Source: Vicugna vicugna (Eukaryota). From it: DNA of 64,000 bases. The position numbers and the translations under genes are program-made. Positions 12,301 through 26,294 of the stretch are shown one piece after another (the stretch's first letter is position 1; each line of letters starts with the position of its first letter). The notes under the pieces were generated by a model that saw only the letters and a program-made list of their open reading frames with translations, did no database searches and was not told where the DNA came from. The DNA lies in contig MU058252.1 in the NCBI GenBank assembly GCA_013265495.1, positions 2,452,244-2,516,243 of the forward strand. The letters run 5' to 3'.

Positions 12301-13925
12301 AGCATAAACAGTAATCAGTTTTAGGTGTGTCATATGCCTAACCATGAAAGTTAAAATGATGATGCATATAGAATCATGGGAAACACCATAACTTTGGAGT
12401 TACTAAAGCCTTCAGAGGTAGGAATAAAAAAAAAAACCCATAAAAATCAATCAATTGGATTTCATCAAAATAAAAATTTCTGCTCAGCAAAGACATTGTT
12501 AAGAAAGTGAGCAGTCCAGTAACAGACTGGGAAAGTGGTGTTCAGTTCCGTATATCTAACAAAGGACGTGCATCTGCAGTACATAAAAATGCCTACAAAT
12601 CAATCATTAAAAGTGGACAGGAGATTTGAATAGGCACTTTACAAAAGAAGAGACATAAATGGTTAATAAGCACATGGAATGATGTTCATTATCATTAGTT
12701 ATTAAGAAGTGGCTGTTAAAACCATGTTGAGATACCATTTCACTACCCACTGGAGTTCCCATAATCATGAGTGACAACAGCAGAAGTTAGCAGTATGTGA
12801 AGTGACGCAGACTCCTGTGCATTGTTGGTGGAAGTATACAAATGGTGTGGCTTCTTGGGGAACAGATTGCGAGTTTCTTATAAAGCAAAGTGTGTGGCTC
12901 CCACCTGCAGTCTGTGGCACTCCTAGGTGTTGACCCAATAGCACTGAAAACATAGGTCCTTCAAAAGACTTGAATGGGAATGTCTAGAGCAGTCTTATTC
13001 ATAGTACCCTCAAACTGGAAAGAACTCACATATCTTTCCAGAAGACAGTGGAAGCATAAGTTGTGCTGTATTCATACAATGAACTATTTGTGAACAATAT
13101 TCAAGACTGCGCATCCAGTGCATACTGCAGTGAGGATGAGTGTCAGAAATGAACCTCATGTCTGACATGCATGAAGCCAGACAAAAAGGTATATGCTCCT
13201 AATTCAGTGTCTGTGAAGGTCAAGAACAGTGAGAGACAGCCTAAATGTCCATTGACAGATGACTGGATAAGAAGATGTGGTGTATTTATACAGTGAAATA
13301 TTACTCAGCCATTAAAAAGAGAATGAAATCATGCCATTTGCAGCAACATGGATGGACCTAGAGATGATCATGCTAAGTGAAGTCAGATAGAGAAAGACAA
13401 ATATATGATATCACTTATATGTGGAATTTAAAAAAGTGATACAAATGAACTTATTTACAAAACAGAAACAGACTCACTCACAGACATAGAAAACAAACTT
13501 GGTTACCAAAGGGGAAAGGGGGCAGGAAGGGATAAATTGGGAGTTGGGGATTAACAGATACACACTACTATACATAAAATAGATAAACAACAAGGCCCTA
13601 TTGTACAGCACAAGGAGCTATATTCAGTATCTTGTAATAACCTATAAGGAAAAAGTATATAACCGAGTAACTGAATCACTGTGTACAGCTGAATCACTCT
13701 GGTATATACCAGAAATGAACACAACATTGTAAGAGAGTTAGCGTGGAACTGACTTGGCAGGAGAAACAAAAGAAATTTGGGCGATGATGAAAGTGTCCTA
13801 CGTTTTGATTTGATTGTATACTTTGGACTATATATACCCAAATAAGTTATACATTTGTCAAAACTCAATGACACGTGTACTTAAGAGCTGTGCGTTTTGT
13901 TGTATCTAACTTTCATCTCAGTGGA
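9330..13925 (+). mobile_element. Ancient, internally deleted L1 (L1MD/L1ME-like): 5' UTR, ORF1 and ORF2 remnants, 3' UTR
   Basis: A-rich sense strand. ORF1-like gatgttggaattttcagacaaggactttaaaata (~10240), endonuclease-like LPIITLNADGLNTPIER (~11012), ORF2 3' motifs at 12400-13100, and 3' end atacatttgtcaaaactca...tgtacttaaga. Many stops and frameshifts. Confidence 0.8.
13238..13732 (+). mobile_element. Younger L1 3' end nested in the old L1
   Basis: cctaaatgtccattgacagatgactggataag...gcagcaacatggatggacctagag...acaacattgtaa. No poly-A; possible degenerate TSD gagagacagc/gagagttagc. Confidence 0.85.
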
Positions 13926-15377
13926 AAACAGGGGGCATGTCCTGATTTGAGCCTTCACTCTGTGAGCACATTAATGACAAAGCTGGGTCACTCTGATGCT
14001 AGAGTAGAACCACGCAGGTACCTTTGTTGAAGAATCCATTCAGATCTTTCACCTGTCTTGCGATTGGGTTGTCTGCAATTGGGTCGTTTCTTTTTGTTTG
14101 TGTTTGAGTCCAGGAAAATTCAACACCTACCACACTGACTTCATTTTTTGCTTTGAAATGTGTCCCCTCCATCTTTCCTTGTCATCAAAGACACTCTGAT
14201 TCAACGATGGGCATCTGGGGTCCCCAAGGGTGCTGAAAACCCGTGGTGAAGCCCGTAAGGATGGTAAGCTGTGGTCTGTTACTCTCTCAGATTATAATGT
14301 TCATCCAGAACAGAGCGTGAGCTCAGAAACGAGACTTTCTTTCCTCAGCCGTGTCAGAAGGGGCCATTTTCTGGTTTGGGGCATCAAAGACAAGCACACT
14401 GTTCATTTTTGGAAACCAAAGCAAACTTTTCTGTAGGAAAGCAGCCTAGAGACTGGAAAACAGCAATTAACCTATTAATCAGCCCAGAGAGACTGTCAGC
14501 CAGGGAGATCATCAGGTTGCTCTTTCAGAGATTACCCGACAACGGGGAAGCTGCACAAATAACTGCTTCTGCCAGCATCTGGGGCGCCTCCCTCCCTCTG
14601 AGGCAGTTGAGGAAATTTAAGTGTCAGAGAATCCTGATTCCTTGCTGAGTATCTTCTTCAGCTTCTATGAGATCCTGTGTCTGTGGTCCCAGGGTTTGTT
14701 TGTGTCTGCCTTAGCAGAGGAGGAGGGGCTTCCGTGTGACCCAGCCTGGGTCCATTCTTCCAGACCCATGGGAGGTGCGTCGCAGCTACTGGAGAATCTC
14801 GGGAACGCCAGGCGCTGTCCACAGATGCGTTCTGAGCACACGCGCACTCACAGAAGTCTGCGTGTGGTTTCAGAAAGTTTGTGGACCCCCAGAGTTTTAC
14901 CTGGTGTCCTCCAGGGGGCAGTCTGGAGTAAGAGCCCTAGCTCTCGTGTCTCGGGCGATCGCCTCTAAAGAAACCGAGCCAGCTGCTGTGTTGACGGCTG
15001 GAGCCTGGGTCGCGATGCGGAGGCCGTGGGCTGTGCTTGCTGGCTCAGGGCAGGCTAACGGGGTTGCCCGGAGAGTGTATATCACAGGCTTTTGACAAGG
15101 GCTCTGTTGGCTTCCTTCTCTGCCTGTGAATTCAGGTTGGAGACAAATGGATCTCTTCCCTCTTTCCGATCCTGTGCGGGAGCTCCAGAAAAACGGCCGT
15201 TTCTCCCCAGTTAGAAAGAAATGCCTTTCCCGAAGATGAACTCAGACAGCTTTATTTAATGGAAAACACGTCTGTCTCTAAGTGCAGTCTTCCCTGGTGG
15301 CTTCCACCCTGCAGAAAGGAAAAATGAGTCTCTTGACTGGAAGAGGTCTTTGCCAAGACGAAGGAAGGGACAGGAGG

Positions 15378-15975
15378 TGAAGGAGGGGAAAGGCAGGGAG
15401 AGGCAGCGTGAAAGAGGGTGAGGGCGGCGGCGGGCGGTGAGCGCCTGAGGTCCGCCAGCCAGCACATGCGTCCTGCAGGTCTGAAGCCTGGACGCTGGAA
15501 GAACTGCTCCAGGAGCCTCTGTGACCCAGCAGGACCCCAGGGGGCCTCCCGGGACAGCCCCCCCACATCCTCTGCTGCAGCTCCTCTCTGAGGGACCCAG
15601 CTCATAGTATCTCGTGTTTATTTCCTTGGTGTTTCAGATGCTGAAAACCACCAGTAAAGGGAAAAAATTAACTACTTTATGATCCCAGAGCACGTGGTCC
15701 CAGACCTTCTGGCGCCTCAGGGTTGATGGTGTCGGCCACCCTGTTCCCTCAACATCAACCAACCAGAGGTTGCGCACGAGTTGATCACGTACCTGACACC
15801 CCCTCCCTTACCTGGCCTCTAAATCCGCTTTGCGGAAGCCCCTCGGGGTTTTCTTGGGCAAGAGCCGTCCTGTCCTCCTTGCTTGGCCCCACAGTAAACC
15901 TTCCTCTGCTCCAAACTCTGACGTCTCCGTTCCTTTGGCCTCACGCTGTGTCAGTCACACAAACTTGCCCTGACA
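15378..15975 (+). mobile_element. ERV1-class solo LTR (laurasiatherian family)
   Basis: Starts tgaaggaggggaaaggcaggg. CCAAT-like aaccaaccagag, degenerate polyA signal cagtaaaccttcctctgctccaaactctgacg, ends ...aaacttgccctgaca. Confidence 0.65.
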
Positions 15976-16668
15976 GCACATGGAGAGGCAGCTTTGGGGG
16001 TGCTCAGACTCCGACCAGGCTCACAGAGTGGGTGGACTGAAGGACGTGCATTACCAGTCTGAGCCTCTGTTTGTTGGTGGGCATAATTACACAAGGTGTT
16101 TTTCGGAGTAAGTTAGAGTAACTTGTGAGAACCTGCCTTTCTGCAGGAAGGCTGCAACTACTTGTCTGTCCCTCTTCCCTTCGTCTAAAGTTGAGCTGCA
16201 GGAAGCCTGCCGGCAGCAAAGGAGGAAGACCTAGAGAGCGGGAGAGGTTTCTGCCCAGATTATCAGGCAGATGTTTCACAAGAGCTGTTTATTTCATAGG
16301 GAAACCTACAGATGGTTCAGGAGGTGGTGCTCTGGGGGTGATGGAGGAAGGGGCGGGCGAGGGAAGAGCCAGGCTCCAGGCGGTTCCGAGATGACCGCTG
16401 ATGAGGCTGGGAGCTCGGTAGGGCTCCCGGAGACAGGAGGTGGAGATCGTGTGGTTCCAGTAAGAACGAGAATGCTTGTGATGTAAAATATACATAAGCC
16501 GCTGCTTCCAGTGTCCAGCCTGGCATTGGCCCGTCGCTCCAGGGGGGCTTATTCCTGGGTAAAAGTGGAAATGGCAGCTAACAGGTTTTATTGGATTTGG
16601 TCCTTATCAGGGTGAGCAGATTTATCTACCCCAGTTAAATTGAAAGTCAAGGCCCTTGTATTTCACAG

Positions 16669-16670
<2 letters not shown>

Positions 16671-16714
<44 letters not shown>
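16671..16714. repeat. (GT)22 microsatellite
   Basis: Perfect dinucleotide run. Confidence 0.97.
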
Positions 16715-16715
<1 letters not shown>

Positions 16716-18114
16716 GGGAATGGAGTAAGGATGTCCAAGATGAAGTTAAGCTTTGGTAAAATTCCTTCCATTTGGTGGTGAAGCAGGTCTGGGGACAGAG
16801 GGGAGCAGCCTGCCCAGACAGAGAGGGGTGCTTGACCTCTCCTGTTGCTTAGAATTGCTGGTCTGTGGTCTGTGCAAGTCCCAGCAACCCTTCGTCGGAT
16901 CTGTTATGCTTGAACTTCTCTATAGACAACGTCCGCTCCTATTTCCCACACCCAGAGAGTCCTCTTCCCACAAACCCCATTCTGCCGACAACCCCCCAAC
17001 ACACACACACCCCGCCGTCCTGTCTGTGGCGTGTGAACAGAGTTCACTGAAACCACTCCTGGCCCTTTGTTGCCATCTCGTCAAAGCAGGAGACTTTTTT
17101 CTTCTTCTTCTTCTTTTTAGCATTGAGGGGTTATAACAGATTTTTTTTAAAAACTGCACGAAAGTAAGACTTAGATGCATGCCCTGAGACTATCCAAGCC
17201 AGTTGGAGAGGTTCCACCTGGAACCAATCCCACTTGCCAAGCCAGCTCCGCGTCCAGCTGGGCAGAGGCACTGCAGCCCCCGTCAGAGCTGCTCTTGAAG
17301 CCCACATGTCCTCAGACATGATTATAAAAGCCTCAGCTCCCGGGGAAAGGCCACCTGAAAGCTCATTGAAAACCCTTTCCCTTTTGGGCAGGTTTTAATC
17401 TGCCAGAATCAAAATAACCTGGCAATAGGATAAAACTTTAGCAAATCTCTAGCAGGAAGGAAGCCAGATTGAAAGCTGATGCGGGAGTAACTGGAAGAGG
17501 ATGGGGTGAGGGGGCTTTCGGGAGAAACTGGTGAGATAGCCTCAAACATTCTGTGCAGAGTGAGCCCATGCATGTGCCATAAGCTCCAGGGATGGTGGGA
17601 CTGACGAGGCAGGACCAGTGGGTTTCCAGAGCAACCATTTTCTGCCAAGAAATAAAAGTAATAGTTGCATTTTTCTTTGCAGATGAGTTAGTTGACTGTG
17701 AAAAGAAAGGGAAGCGGTTTTTCAGGGCTTCCTGGGAGAGACTGCTCTGAGGGCGGGATGTCACTGATGTAACGCTTCACGCTTCCACTCTGATAAATAA
17801 CTGGATGGGAGGAAACACACACACAGGCGAGGGGAGACGGTATGGCGCAGCCGCCCAGCACCTCCCCCCCACCCTCGCCACCTGCAGGGGAGGGCAAGTA
17901 AGGAAGTCCCACAAGCAGGAAGGGGATGCAAACTAACCAGGTGAGACTCCATGCCGGCTACCAACACACTAGCCTAAAACGGCGATACTGCTTTAAACCT
18001 CACCTTGGCACACTCTTCTAGAGTTAGAAATGATTTGATGTTTATCATTATTTGAAAAAATTTGTGCCCTTTGCTAGAAATGTATATGACTCGAATACCC
18101 ATTTGTAAGCCACG

Positions 18115-18350
18115 TTGATAATAAAAACCGATGACGTTGATGGTACAATGACAACAGTGATGACGTGCCTGCTGCACAGAGAACAACGCTCCAGGTGTGT
18201 TCGTCTCTCATCGCCGTCGTTCCTTACAACAGCCCTTCCCAGCAGCTCTCACGATCCCCATTCCACGGGGAGAAACAGGGTTGGGAGGCTGAGGAAACTG
18301 GCCAGGTGACAGAGCTTTGCCCGTGGCTAAGTCATCTCAGCATCGCGCCG
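18115..18350 (-). mobile_element. MIR SINE, degraded
   Basis: tccttacaacagccct...cccattccacggggagaaacaggg...gaggctgaggaaactggccaggt. Confidence 0.55.
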
Positions 18351-19779
18351 CGGAGGCTGTATCTGTGCCCTGACCTCACCTGAGGCTGAAGAGTCCTTTA
18401 AAGTTTTGGTTTGCTTTTTTCATTTTTGCTGTCACAAGGCCAAATCGAAAGAGTCTCACCGACGCTGCAGGCGTGGCAGGTGTGGTGAGAGGTGGGTTTA
18501 ATCAGAGGCTTAGCTTGTCCTTTGAAACCTGCAAAGTGATGGCAAGTGTCCCCGCCTGTCCTGAATGGAGCCAACAGTGGCTGCACCCGGGTCTAAGAAA
18601 AATCAAAGAGGGGAAAATGACGTGGACCTAACTGCATAAGATGCTGCCTTTGGCTGTGTGGTCAGGGATAGGGTAGATTCTTCGTTTAACGAGCGGGTCC
18701 GAGGACGGACGCAGGGCTTGCCGGATGTGTGTGTGTTAGTGCCGAGGGCCCGCTTAGGAGACCTGAGAGCAGGGAGCAGAGGGGAAATGGTCACATTTTC
18801 ACTGGAGTAGGAATTAAAACAAACAACAAAAAGCTTCAAGGAGTGAGGGAACATAACTCGCACATTTCATCGAGTGTGGGCTGGAGTGCGTCTGAGGCCA
18901 GGTTCTGCAGAAAGATTCAAAGGCAGGAGAGTGGGGATGCTGGGAGCTAAAGGGAGCGGGGTGCGCGGGGGAGGAATGCATCATTAAGGAAAAGGGAACA
19001 GGTCCCTGCAAATCTATAGACAAGGAGAATGATTCAGAGAACGATGTGGACCGAAAAACGATGGATGCGTGACAATTCCTGACGGTGCCAGCACAGGAAG
19101 GAAGATCTGTACTCGCGGTTCGCTCCCGACAACGCGTCCGTGCCGGTGGCGGAGGGAGAGGCGCGTGGGGTGCCAGGCGCAGGAGGGGCTGCCGGATGGA
19201 CCAGGTGGCGCCGCTGGTGCCTGAGTGACCTCCCACCTCCGTGTCACAAAGGAGGAGCTGGGGTCAGATTCTGGAAGCTGAAGTCCATCTTCCCGGGGCC
19301 GTGTGAAATGCGCTGAGGTCTTATGATTACACCAGAGAAGAGAGTCAGACAGTTAGAACTATACGAAGGTTGACTTAGATGAAATACCCCAAGGTGGGGA
19401 AAGAGCGAGCCAGTGAAATGTGAGTTTCGGGAGGTGGAGCCACTCCCCAGACCTGCAGGAAGCAGGGAGAGGACAGGGCGGCTGTCTGAGCGCTGCACAG
19501 GCCTGCATCCCGCATCTGCTGGGGCTGGGGACACCTCATCTCCCACCTCCCACGTCCTCTGGGAAGAAAGCCGACCCCTCAGCCTTTCCTTTCTTTTTAT
19601 CTTCCCCCTGCCCTCCCTGACTAGAGCGTGCCTGTTCCATCCCGCCACAGAGCAAGAACCAGATGTTTCCAGAATTTGCACAGCACGGTACTTGAACATT
19701 CTGTCTCCTGATGCTTTCACTTAAGAGACAACATGATAGGGTTTTTTTTACACTTACAATAATACCCCAAAAAATAGAT

Positions 19780-19990
19780 CGTCACATGAATCAGAACACC
19801 TGGTTTCTCTCCCTGACAAAAGCTTGCGGGATGATGCTACTCCTCTTAACTTCTCCGTGTTTGCTTCACCACCTGCAAAATCGGGATGGTCTTATCAGCT
19901 CTCTTTACCAGTTTCCCTGAGGAGCACGTGACATAAATACATGAAAACATATTGTGGAAAGCACCAAATGCTTTATGACCTACCGTGTTA
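19780..19990 (+). mobile_element. MIR SINE, degraded
   Basis: gaatcagaacacctggttt...cttaacttctccgtgtttgcttcaccacctgcaaaatcgggat. Confidence 0.55.
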
Positions 19991-22900
19991 TCTTGTAAGG
20001 CTTCAGCAAACCTGTCATTGTGTCTGAGATCTAAGAATTGATAAAGGGAAGACATATTCTGCCCTGGACTCCAACATAGTGTAATTAAAGTCTGACTACA
20101 GGAAGAGAAATCACTTCCTGATGAATTACGAGGCCCAATTTATGGAGTAAATGATTGGACTAGTTTTTAAAAAGTCCAAGAGTGGTAATAATTTATCTTG
20201 ATTAGCAGGAAGGTTTCATTACCTTCCTGTATGTATGTAAAACATCGATCCTCTCCGTAAGGGCGCCGGGCCACGCGCTGGCACGGGCCGTGGCTCAGCG
20301 GAGGGTGGCTCCGCGCTGGGTGTGTTACATCGCGGCCGTGGGGCGGGCGGGCGCTGGGCGCTGTGACGGGAGATGACCAGTCTGCCTGCCTGGTGCAGGG
20401 GTGGCGACCTGGAGGACGCGTTTCCTCCCAAGGTCTTGAACCCGGGCTCACCCATGTGTCTTCATGCCGAATTCCGAGGAGTCCGTGCAGAGTTGGGGTT
20501 TGGCCCTGTGGCTTTGCCTCCCCTTCGCTCCTGCATTTACTTTTTCTATCAGCTCAGATGGCAGACATGTAAAGAAACAGAATGACAGAAAGAAAGAGTG
20601 AGGCTGTGGCTTCGTGGTAAACCCCGTCAGAGTCATCGTGGTGGAGAGAAGAGAAAGTAGAATCTGGATTCTCGGTGGTTTTCCCCTAATGAGTACTTGC
20701 TAACCCCCAGTCAGTCACTCCGTGTAGCAAGGTTTTGTGAGGTTCTGGTGGGACGTTAGGGTGCGTTCCAGCCCAGAATTGCCACCATATTTCCTCCCCG
20801 GCCTCACTTGAGGGAGGTCAGGTGTGTTTAGAAAACGCCAGGCTTCACAGTGAGGCATGAAATGTTCCTATGTTCCTCTTATTTCTTTAACAGAATATAC
20901 CTGAAGATATTCTCACACCTGCTAATGAGTCTTCTCTATTGGCACCTGGCCAGGCCCCAGCCACGCCACGCCCCGGCCACGCCCCTCCCTCCGGTCACAC
21001 CCCTCCCCTCCAGCATCATGTCCTCTGCCCAAGGTGGCATGCACTCACCCTGTCTGTCCTCACAAAGCACATCTCCCGTTCGGAACACTCACAGTCAACG
21101 CCTAGCTCAAATGGGGAAGGCGGCGAGTCAGGTACGAGGTGGTAATTCCCGCCACACGAGTAAGGAAGCCAAGCATGGCTGGATGGCTCTTGTAGTTCAG
21201 CAGTGTAAATGGCAAAGCGGTAGTGACCTTGTTTGGTTGCCCTTGGTTTGCAGAGATCCTCAACATCAACCCGATCCATTTGTTTTCTTGAGTCTTAGCT
21301 TTTTCTCTCCTTTGTTCCCAAGAACAAATATTAAATGGCAAACCCCTTGACAACATGTCTCATTGCGGCTGGCTTTATTCCTTTGATAACTACATAAGTT
21401 TAAAAAGCTAAAACTCCAAACTGTTCTTAGAAACAATGAATGGTACATGTATGTAATTTTTTTAATGCACAGTATATTGCATATAGGTATTTATTATTTA
21501 TTATATGTATGTGTTATTCCTAATGCAGCTGTTTTAAAGGCTGAGAAGTCAAGGCATCGCTGGAAATTACACATGTGACTGGGCAAAAGTGGAACTTAGA
21601 ACAATAGGGGGTTGGAAAGGGGTTAAGGGCAGAGACAGACCATGGTCGGGGACAGCCCCACTTTTGTCATCTATCCAGGCGACTCCTCCAGCTTCCACGT
21701 AAACGCAGATCATGTTGCAGGGAAACGCAGTGAAATGATAAATTCGATGCTCAATTGCTTTAATATAAATCTTGTTTCATTTTCCTAACGATGCAGTCTC
21801 TGTCTTTAACATACCCGTTCGAGAAAGGAGAGAACAGAGACTGAGCAAGAGGTAGGCCACCCACCCAAATCGCAAAGCTGAGTCATCACAGAACTTGAAT
21901 GTAACCGAGGTCCAGCAGCGAGAGGGCAGGTCAGGGGACAGGCTTGGATGCAGGGAGATGGGCGTGTTACCTATTATTTCAAAGATTTTTTGTATCATGC
22001 ATTACAAGAAATAGCAAAGGCCACAGATGCGTGGTACAGGACAGTGTGAGTGAACAGAATCACCTCCGAGTGTTTTTGACCTAAATTAGTAAGTGTTCAG
22101 TCACAAGTGTCTGATGATGCTCTTTCCCTCAAAGCACATGGGACGCGAGCACGTGGTCAAGAAATGCGCAGACGTTGCACAGTAACAAATAATGCGCATC
22201 CCTAAATGTCAGCGCATTATGCAAAACCCACAATAATAGCCCCAGGGTTTATGGGGCAAATGGGGTTGTGGACAGAGTGCTCAAATACCCTGCCAGTGAC
22301 ACGTAAGGAAAGGACAGGAGCCTGGTGAAGGTGGCAGCACAGGTGACGCATGTGCCGTGGTGAAGGACTACCGACACACTGGGATCCACGGTACTGCGCC
22401 CTGGGAAGGACCTGGAGCTGGTTTGGGGACGTGGGCGCTGGAAGGGTGGTAGTTTGTGCGTCATGGTGGAGGCGTGGAAAGGGCATTACCTGAAGTCAGA
22501 GGGACAGCTGGACACAAGTTACGGGTGGGAGGGCCTCCCGGCCCATGACCGGCGGCAGACGGGGTGGCGGCGCCGTTCGAGGGTGGGTGTGGGTGTTTTG
22601 TGTGCCCTGCAGCCTCGATTCAGCCGCGTGCTGTCCTCGCCACTCACCCATGCTGCTCACAGACGAGTCACACGTAAGCAGATGTGAAATCAGCATTAGG
22701 GTCCGATGGTTCCCTGACACATCAATTACACGGAAACAAAGTCACGTTTTCCAAACAAGCATCTTAACAGAATTGATCACACGTGGGTCCTCCGTCTGAG
22801 GAGTTTACAGTCTCCTTCAGAATGAAATATGGGTAAAGAAGAAATCCTGAATTACCGAGCATCAAACTGAATGCGTGTGTGCTCACCGGGGTGGGGATCA

Positions 22901-23219
22901 GGGAGGTCAGTCCGGGAAGTTTTCTTGCAGGAGGCGGTTCTTGAAGAAATGCTGTAAGCAAAGTGACAGGAGTGGTGGCCCGTGCGGTGGGGAAGAGGAG
23001 GAGGGACGGAAGAGGGATCCTCCCTGGGGACAAATAGGAAATGAGGTCGAACAGGTCGATTTGAGCAGAGCTGGAGTGCCCACTGGTAGCACTGAGGGGT
23101 GTCACAGTAGAGGAGTGTGTTCAGAAGTGTGAGCATCTGTGGAGTCTGCACCCCAGGGGTGCGTATTTCCAGACTTCATGCCATCACGCTGTCTCTTCCA
23201 GCCCATCCTGTCCATGTCC

Positions 23220-24080
23220 CATTGAACAGGATTTATTGAGTTCCTGCTGAGTGCCAGACACTGTCCACAGCTGAGGATGTGGCCGTGAACATGGAGGGCA
23301 AAGTACCCACCCTGAGGAGTTGATATCTTGGCAGAGGAAACAAACAACCACAAAACAAGGAAATAAACCACATAACTTCAAGTCGGAATACGGGCGCGTC
23401 AACAGGAAAGAGGAAGCAGAGTGAGCGGGGAAGGAAGCGTGGCTGGTGGGGGAAGGGGCTCTTTCAGAGCTGGCGGCCGGGGACCCTTCTCTATGGAACC
23501 AACATTCGAATGTGATGTGGCCCACGTGGAGTGGGGAACAGGTCTGGGAACTGGTCCAGGCCGAGGAAGCATCAAATGTGAAGATTCTGGGATGTCTGGA
23601 GACAGCCCAAAGGTCTGTGAAGCGGGGTGGAGCAGAGGAGGGGAGACTGTGTGAGGGGACGTGGACGGGCGGGGGCCACACCTCGCGGGGCCCCGGAGTT
23701 CATGGTGAGGGTCAGGGTTTTAGTCTAAGTGCCACTGGGTCATTTTGAGCCAGGGTTTGTCATGATCTGATTCATGTTTTTAAAAAGGCCGTTTTGTTTG
23801 TATGTGGGGAACAGTCTATAGGCGGTGACCAGGGAGGGGCGCGGTGATGGGGGCTTGGACCACATGGTAGATGTGAGCGAAGTTAAAGGGGGCATGGAGC
23901 GAAGGAAGGAGAGAGAGCCAGACTCAGGACATATTTTGACATAGGAGGCTGCAGAATGTACTCACAGGTTGGGTGTGAAATGTGAAGAGAGTGTAAATCC
24001 AGGGTCGCTAGGCTCCCCCTGCAGCCAGCAGCTAAGTGGATGGAGGGCCAGTTTTCCTCCATGTGGGTGGCTGTGAGAGA
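23220..24080 (-). mobile_element. L2 LINE 3' region
   Basis: atttattgagttcctgctgagtgccagacactgt...gtgatgggggcttggacc...caggacatattttgac, the reverse complement of the L2 3' end. Confidence 0.75.
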
Positions 24081-24084
24081 AATG

Positions 24085-24432
24085 GTGGTGTGGGCTCAAT
24101 TGTGTCCCTCAGCCTGTGGCTGTAATCTGAGATAGGGGCTGTAAAGGGGGGACTACGTTCAAATCAGGCCATTAAGGTGGGCCATGATTCAATGGGGATG
24201 ATGTCCTTACAGAAGAAGAAATTAGACAGCCAGCGGGAGGCTGGCAGAGCTAGGACCACGTGAGGACACAGCGTGAAGGTGGCCGCCTGCAAGCCAGGGA
24301 GGGGGCCCTCGGGGGGACACAGGCCTGCTGACGCCTGGACCTTGGGCTCCAGCGCCCAGAGCTGTGAGAAGGTAAACTTCCGCCCCGCCTGTGGTACGTT
24401 GTTATGTACAGCAGCTCCTGCAAACTGATATG
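24085..24432 (+). mobile_element. MaLR solo LTR (MLT1A/B-like)
   Basis: tgggctcaattgtgtccc...cacgtgaggacacagcgtgaaggtggccgcctgcaagcca...gctgtgagaa...gtggtacgttgttatg. Confidence 0.8.
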
Positions 24433-25661
24433 ACTAGTTTGGGGCCATGAAGAGGGAAAGCCAATGCTCTGTTTAAAATACGTTAAAAAGATAACAAGTG
24501 AAGCTCAAGAAAACAACAACAACAAAAACCCTACAGGTTAAGCTGACACAGGGCCCAGTCAGAGAAGTCGCTTTCCTGGGGTCCAACATCACGGTTGCAG
24601 GTGGTGATGCCATCTTTCTGATTTTGGACTAAATATCTTCAGTTGCTTTCCTGGAGCCCTGCTTATGGTCTCAGCATGTCCTTGTGGTTTAACACGGCTA
24701 AGGTCTGGGGAGCAACGGGGAAATAGTGGTTTACGAGAGTTTCTGTTTGGCTCGGTTACAACAGTGGGAAACCCCCCCTGACTCGCCGGGCCCAGCAGCC
24801 TGCTCGCGCGGCGGGAGGCACCGCCAGGAGCCCCGCGGCATGGCCCGCAGCACGGCCATTCCGGAAGCTCCTTCCAGCCGGGGAAGGAGTCAGGCAAACA
24901 CAGGAAGCCGCTTACGGAAAGGTGTCCTGATGCTGGTGAGAAACAGACGGCCTAGAAGCAGCAACCGGCCCCTGCGCCTTCCTAGCAGCTGCTGTCTGTT
25001 GCAGGAGGAAGGCGACTGGAAGGGCAAGGGTGCCTGGAACAGAGGCTGTCACGTGACAGAGCGGGTCGACTCGAGGGGAAGGGGTCGATCCGCTCGTAAG
25101 TAAAGCAGCGTGTTTTCCTCTTACCAGGACAACGTCCTCACCTTCAAGGTCATGAGGAAGAAGCCGATCAGAGCGGATTTAATTCTTTTTATATACAAGC
25201 AATTTCTCCTTCCATAGCTGTTTGGGGGTGAAAAATCTGAGTAATCATCCCCTCAAAGACAGAAGCTGGATCATCCTCCCACGAGCTTGTGGCTTTGGAA
25301 GATCGGATGGTAGGAAACAGTGAGACGTGAGCCCACGTGGCAGCGGGACTGGTCGGTTTCCAGTGTACGTGGGTGTGTCGTTAATTCCTGACGGCTCGTC
25401 TATTTCTGCACCCCTCCCACAGCCCCGCCCCGTGCCAGCCGCAGGCCTGGTGCTTGTGGCTCTCCGCACAGGCCGTGACGCTCTGATTTTGGAGGTCTGT
25501 GGGGACTGTTAGGAAGGCGTGTGCTGTAAGATTTAATAAAGAATAAAGAAAACAACTTGCATGACCAGCTAGAGGCCCTGCTCTTTGACATAATTAAGGC
25601 TTATTAAAGTTATGTTGTGCTGAAAACTGGTTTTTTCGAGGAGGTTGAGCTGTGTTATTAA

Positions 25662-26123
25662 CAGGCAGACCTCAAGAGATACTATGGCTTCAGTTTCACC
25701 TCAATAAAAAGTCAGCACAAAAACTAGTCACACCAACTCCATGGCTCCTCAGTGCACACAGAAGTGATGTTTGCCCTAGACTGTCACCTGCTGAGCTTCA
25801 ACAGCATTGTGTCTAAAAAATACTTACTTTAATTTAAGATACTTTATTGCTAAAAAACACTAACCATCACCTGAGCCTTCAGTGAGTCATGGTCATCACA
25901 TCAGAGGTCACTGATTACAGGTCACTGTAACACATATAATAATAATGAAAAAGTTAGAAATATTACAAGAATTACCAAAATGTGACACAGAGACATGAAA
26001 TGAATGAATGCTGTTGGAAAAATGGCTCCAACAGACGTGCTCGATGCAAGATTGCTACAAACTTTTCATTTGTTAAAAATGCAACATCTGTGAAGTGCAA
26101 GAAAGCAAACCAAGGTCTGTCTG
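25662..26123 (-). mobile_element. Tigger1-derived non-autonomous DNA transposon (Tigger1a-like)
   Basis: TIR-like ends caggcagacctc / caaggtctgtctg. Internal attaccaaaatgtgacacagagac and actttattgctaaaaaa. Confidence 0.85.
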
Positions 26124-26294
26124 TGGGTGTATCTGCACTGAGTTCAAGCATCCCCAAGTCTCATTATATATGATGCATTTACTAATGAAGAAACCCAAAC
26201 ATGCCCTGCATAAAAGCCAGTTTTCAAACTCTAGAGTCTTACTTTGTGCTAGGGCAGAGAAGCACCCTTTAAGCCAGAACTCTGTTCTCTGGTG

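Noticed and set aside
14811..14831. REST/NRSE site
   Set aside because: Only one half-site (GGCGCTGTCC) matches; the GGTGCTGA half is absent.
19786..19810. MNQ... start resembling the DPP6a/E first exon (MNQTA...)
   Set aside because: It continues NTWFLSL inside a MIR and has no matching donor.
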